Made by a program: the position numbers and the translations under genes. Below the pieces are notes generated by a model. It was given only the letters and a program-made list of their open reading frames with translations, had not been told where the DNA came from and did not search any database. A stretch of 51,458 nt of DNA, taken from the NCBI GenBank assembly GCA_036172245.1, contig JAYWIR010000164.1:1-51458 (forward strand), in the 5' to 3' direction. This document shows, in pieces, positions 50,331 through 51,458 of this stretch. The stretch's first letter is position 1. Each line of letters begins with the position of its first letter. This DNA comes from Raillietiella orientalis. Taxonomy: Eukaryota.

Positions 50331-50384
50331 CAGTTTTCCCCATGTCCAACTCCCGGGCGTCGTCCTCGATCCTCTTCAGGATGA
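49089..50384 (+). CDS. Non-LTR ORF1 (gag-like nucleic-acid binding protein: RRM-like region, two CCHC knuckles, basic tail); C-terminus truncated and reads into the family A antisense strand
   Basis: 431 aa ORF with CEQCGKEGHRIKEC and CRYCKDSGHEIKKC; homologous to the 25177 and 17422 ORF1 pieces. Confidence 0.8.
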   Translation: MASTQDSVEEQATGCTSAALEVAASSVMFFSPPVRSYAAVTSQRPGTCDAEFQAYVSSGYMPALRYKVSGPLNGKISRELNDELVRIGVREEELLAIMPARRMEYTKIRCKNAALVQRLLRTPLTINGKEVLPTAMDDSSVVQLCDIEPEISDRDVVSVLAKFATVHALWRRPNPLKDFPSVHIGQASARITVANRRVVPEQLQVNGTVVHLWFISQTRACEQCGKEGHRIKECPSPRCRYCKDSGHEIKKCPVIARKRAAAEIRQLQETTARKAAAANKKRRPRKLKKNHERSADKKKASPPATPRKGKVTAGKPIKKGREGLTRAVPSLSAELAGTFPSLEPGNLRNTLEGKVGKQEDRNSANTSCPVPLSLRSSGQPHCNAGPTAKATKAVKSSVATSKSTLHAVAPSRNRQFSPCPTPGRRPRSSSG

Positions 50385-51458
50385 ATCGGTACGTCCAGGC
50401 GTGGATCTTCCTGCAGTTCCTGATACCGATTTCACTCTTAAGGAGCCCTTGTAGGATCTCCATCGATGGTGAGGCTCTCCTGGCTCTCCTCATTTTCCAT
50501 CACCGCACAAGTATGGCGGTGATGAAGAGGGCAAAAGTCGTCCTCACCATGGGATTGTAACAGGGAACATTACCATCACCCTGAAACATCCCGGCGAGGA
50601 TCTCCATAACGGACTTGTTGGTAAGTCCTATGATCCTTCTCAGGATCAGCCAGTCATTCAGCAATGTGGGACACGTCCAGACGTGAAGTCTCGTGTCGGT
50701 GTCTCCACATGCTGCGCAGTCTCGGTCTTCACGTCTTCCGGTGAAGTCTTGCAATGAGGACCCACCCTGAATTCCTCCATGATAAAACATCAGGAGGTCG
50801 TATTGGGTCCCCGACTGAAGGTCACTCCTCCAGAGCGTCGTGCCGATCGCTAGCAGGTTGATGCGATCGCTCCCGTAGCGGTCGGCGGCTTCTTGGAGGG
50901 CACTGGTGTCTCTTTCGTCCTCCTTGATCGATCTACGGAGGTTCATTTTGGTTACCCTCGACCACGCGAAGTCGTTCTGGTTAATCCACACCTCGCGGGT
51001 GTAATGGGTGAACCTATCTAACATCATCTCTATGTACCGAAGTACACGAGAGTGATGTAAATATCCTCCTCGTCACCATTCCTGCATTCGTTGCAGGGCA
51101 ACTCTGGATCGCTGGTGGATCCAGCTTCCCGTGTCCGGCGGCAAAGGAAGCATCCAATAGATCACCAGGATGGACTCGTCCTGTTAGGGTTCATGACTTC
51201 TCGGTACGATCTTGATTTTGTGATTTCGCCCCAACCGTTGCTTCCTCGTCCAGGTTGGGTCGATTTTCTTCCATTCGCCTGCTCATCCTAGCAGCCCAGT
51301 CATTAGGCCTTTCGAGTTGTTCAACAAAAAAGCGTAGGCCCTGTCTGCCGCATACGGCCAGTCATGCCAGTAAGTGGCAATGTCCAGGATGTGTCGCGTA
51401 TCCATGATTTCTACGGAGTGTGCAAAGCGACTTCATCCTGGAACCGCCTTCTTCCCTG
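50331..51458 (-). mobile_element. Divergent (probably family A) ORF2 C-terminal part; runs off the right edge
   Basis: CAACGDTDTRLHVWTC finger in 50500-51027; REEGG motif at the window edge; unlike family B C-termini. Family assignment is inferred. Confidence 0.75.

Noticed and set aside
1..51458. Prokaryotic RT systems (retron, DGR, group II intron, CRISPR-RT)
   Set aside because: RTs are joined to APE endonuclease and preceded by CCHC ORF1, diagnostic of eukaryotic non-LTR elements; no CRISPR array or operon structure seen

Overview
Eukaryotic, gene-poor window dominated by about 20 fragments of decayed L1/Tx1-like non-LTR retrotransposons. ORF1 has an RRM-like region and CCHC knuckles; ORF2 has an APE endonuclease (EN), reverse transcriptase (RT) and a C-terminal CX2C-X8-H-X4-C finger. 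One divergent family ('A') lies at both window edges. A second family ('B') has at least two lineages, here called X and Y. No intact host gene was recognised. The main observation is the arrangement. Fragments alternate strand almost strictly, as expected for elements nested inside one another in antisense orientation. Junctions recur at the same codons of the host element: the RT 'HKAFD' motif three times and an EN helix after 'QEIH' three to four times, with signs that the two lineages target each other. Family B elements end in AATAAA plus a CCCGG/CCGGG hairpin with no poly(A), share a 5' motif, and couple ORF1 to ORF2 through TRATG. Both families have an EN shortened in the target-recognition hairpin region. 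A tRNA-headed, hairpin-rich SINE-like element lies at 12.2-13.0 kb. Regions 9.2-12.2 kb and 34.8-42.3 kb are largely unexplained. Boundaries were read by eye and are approximate.
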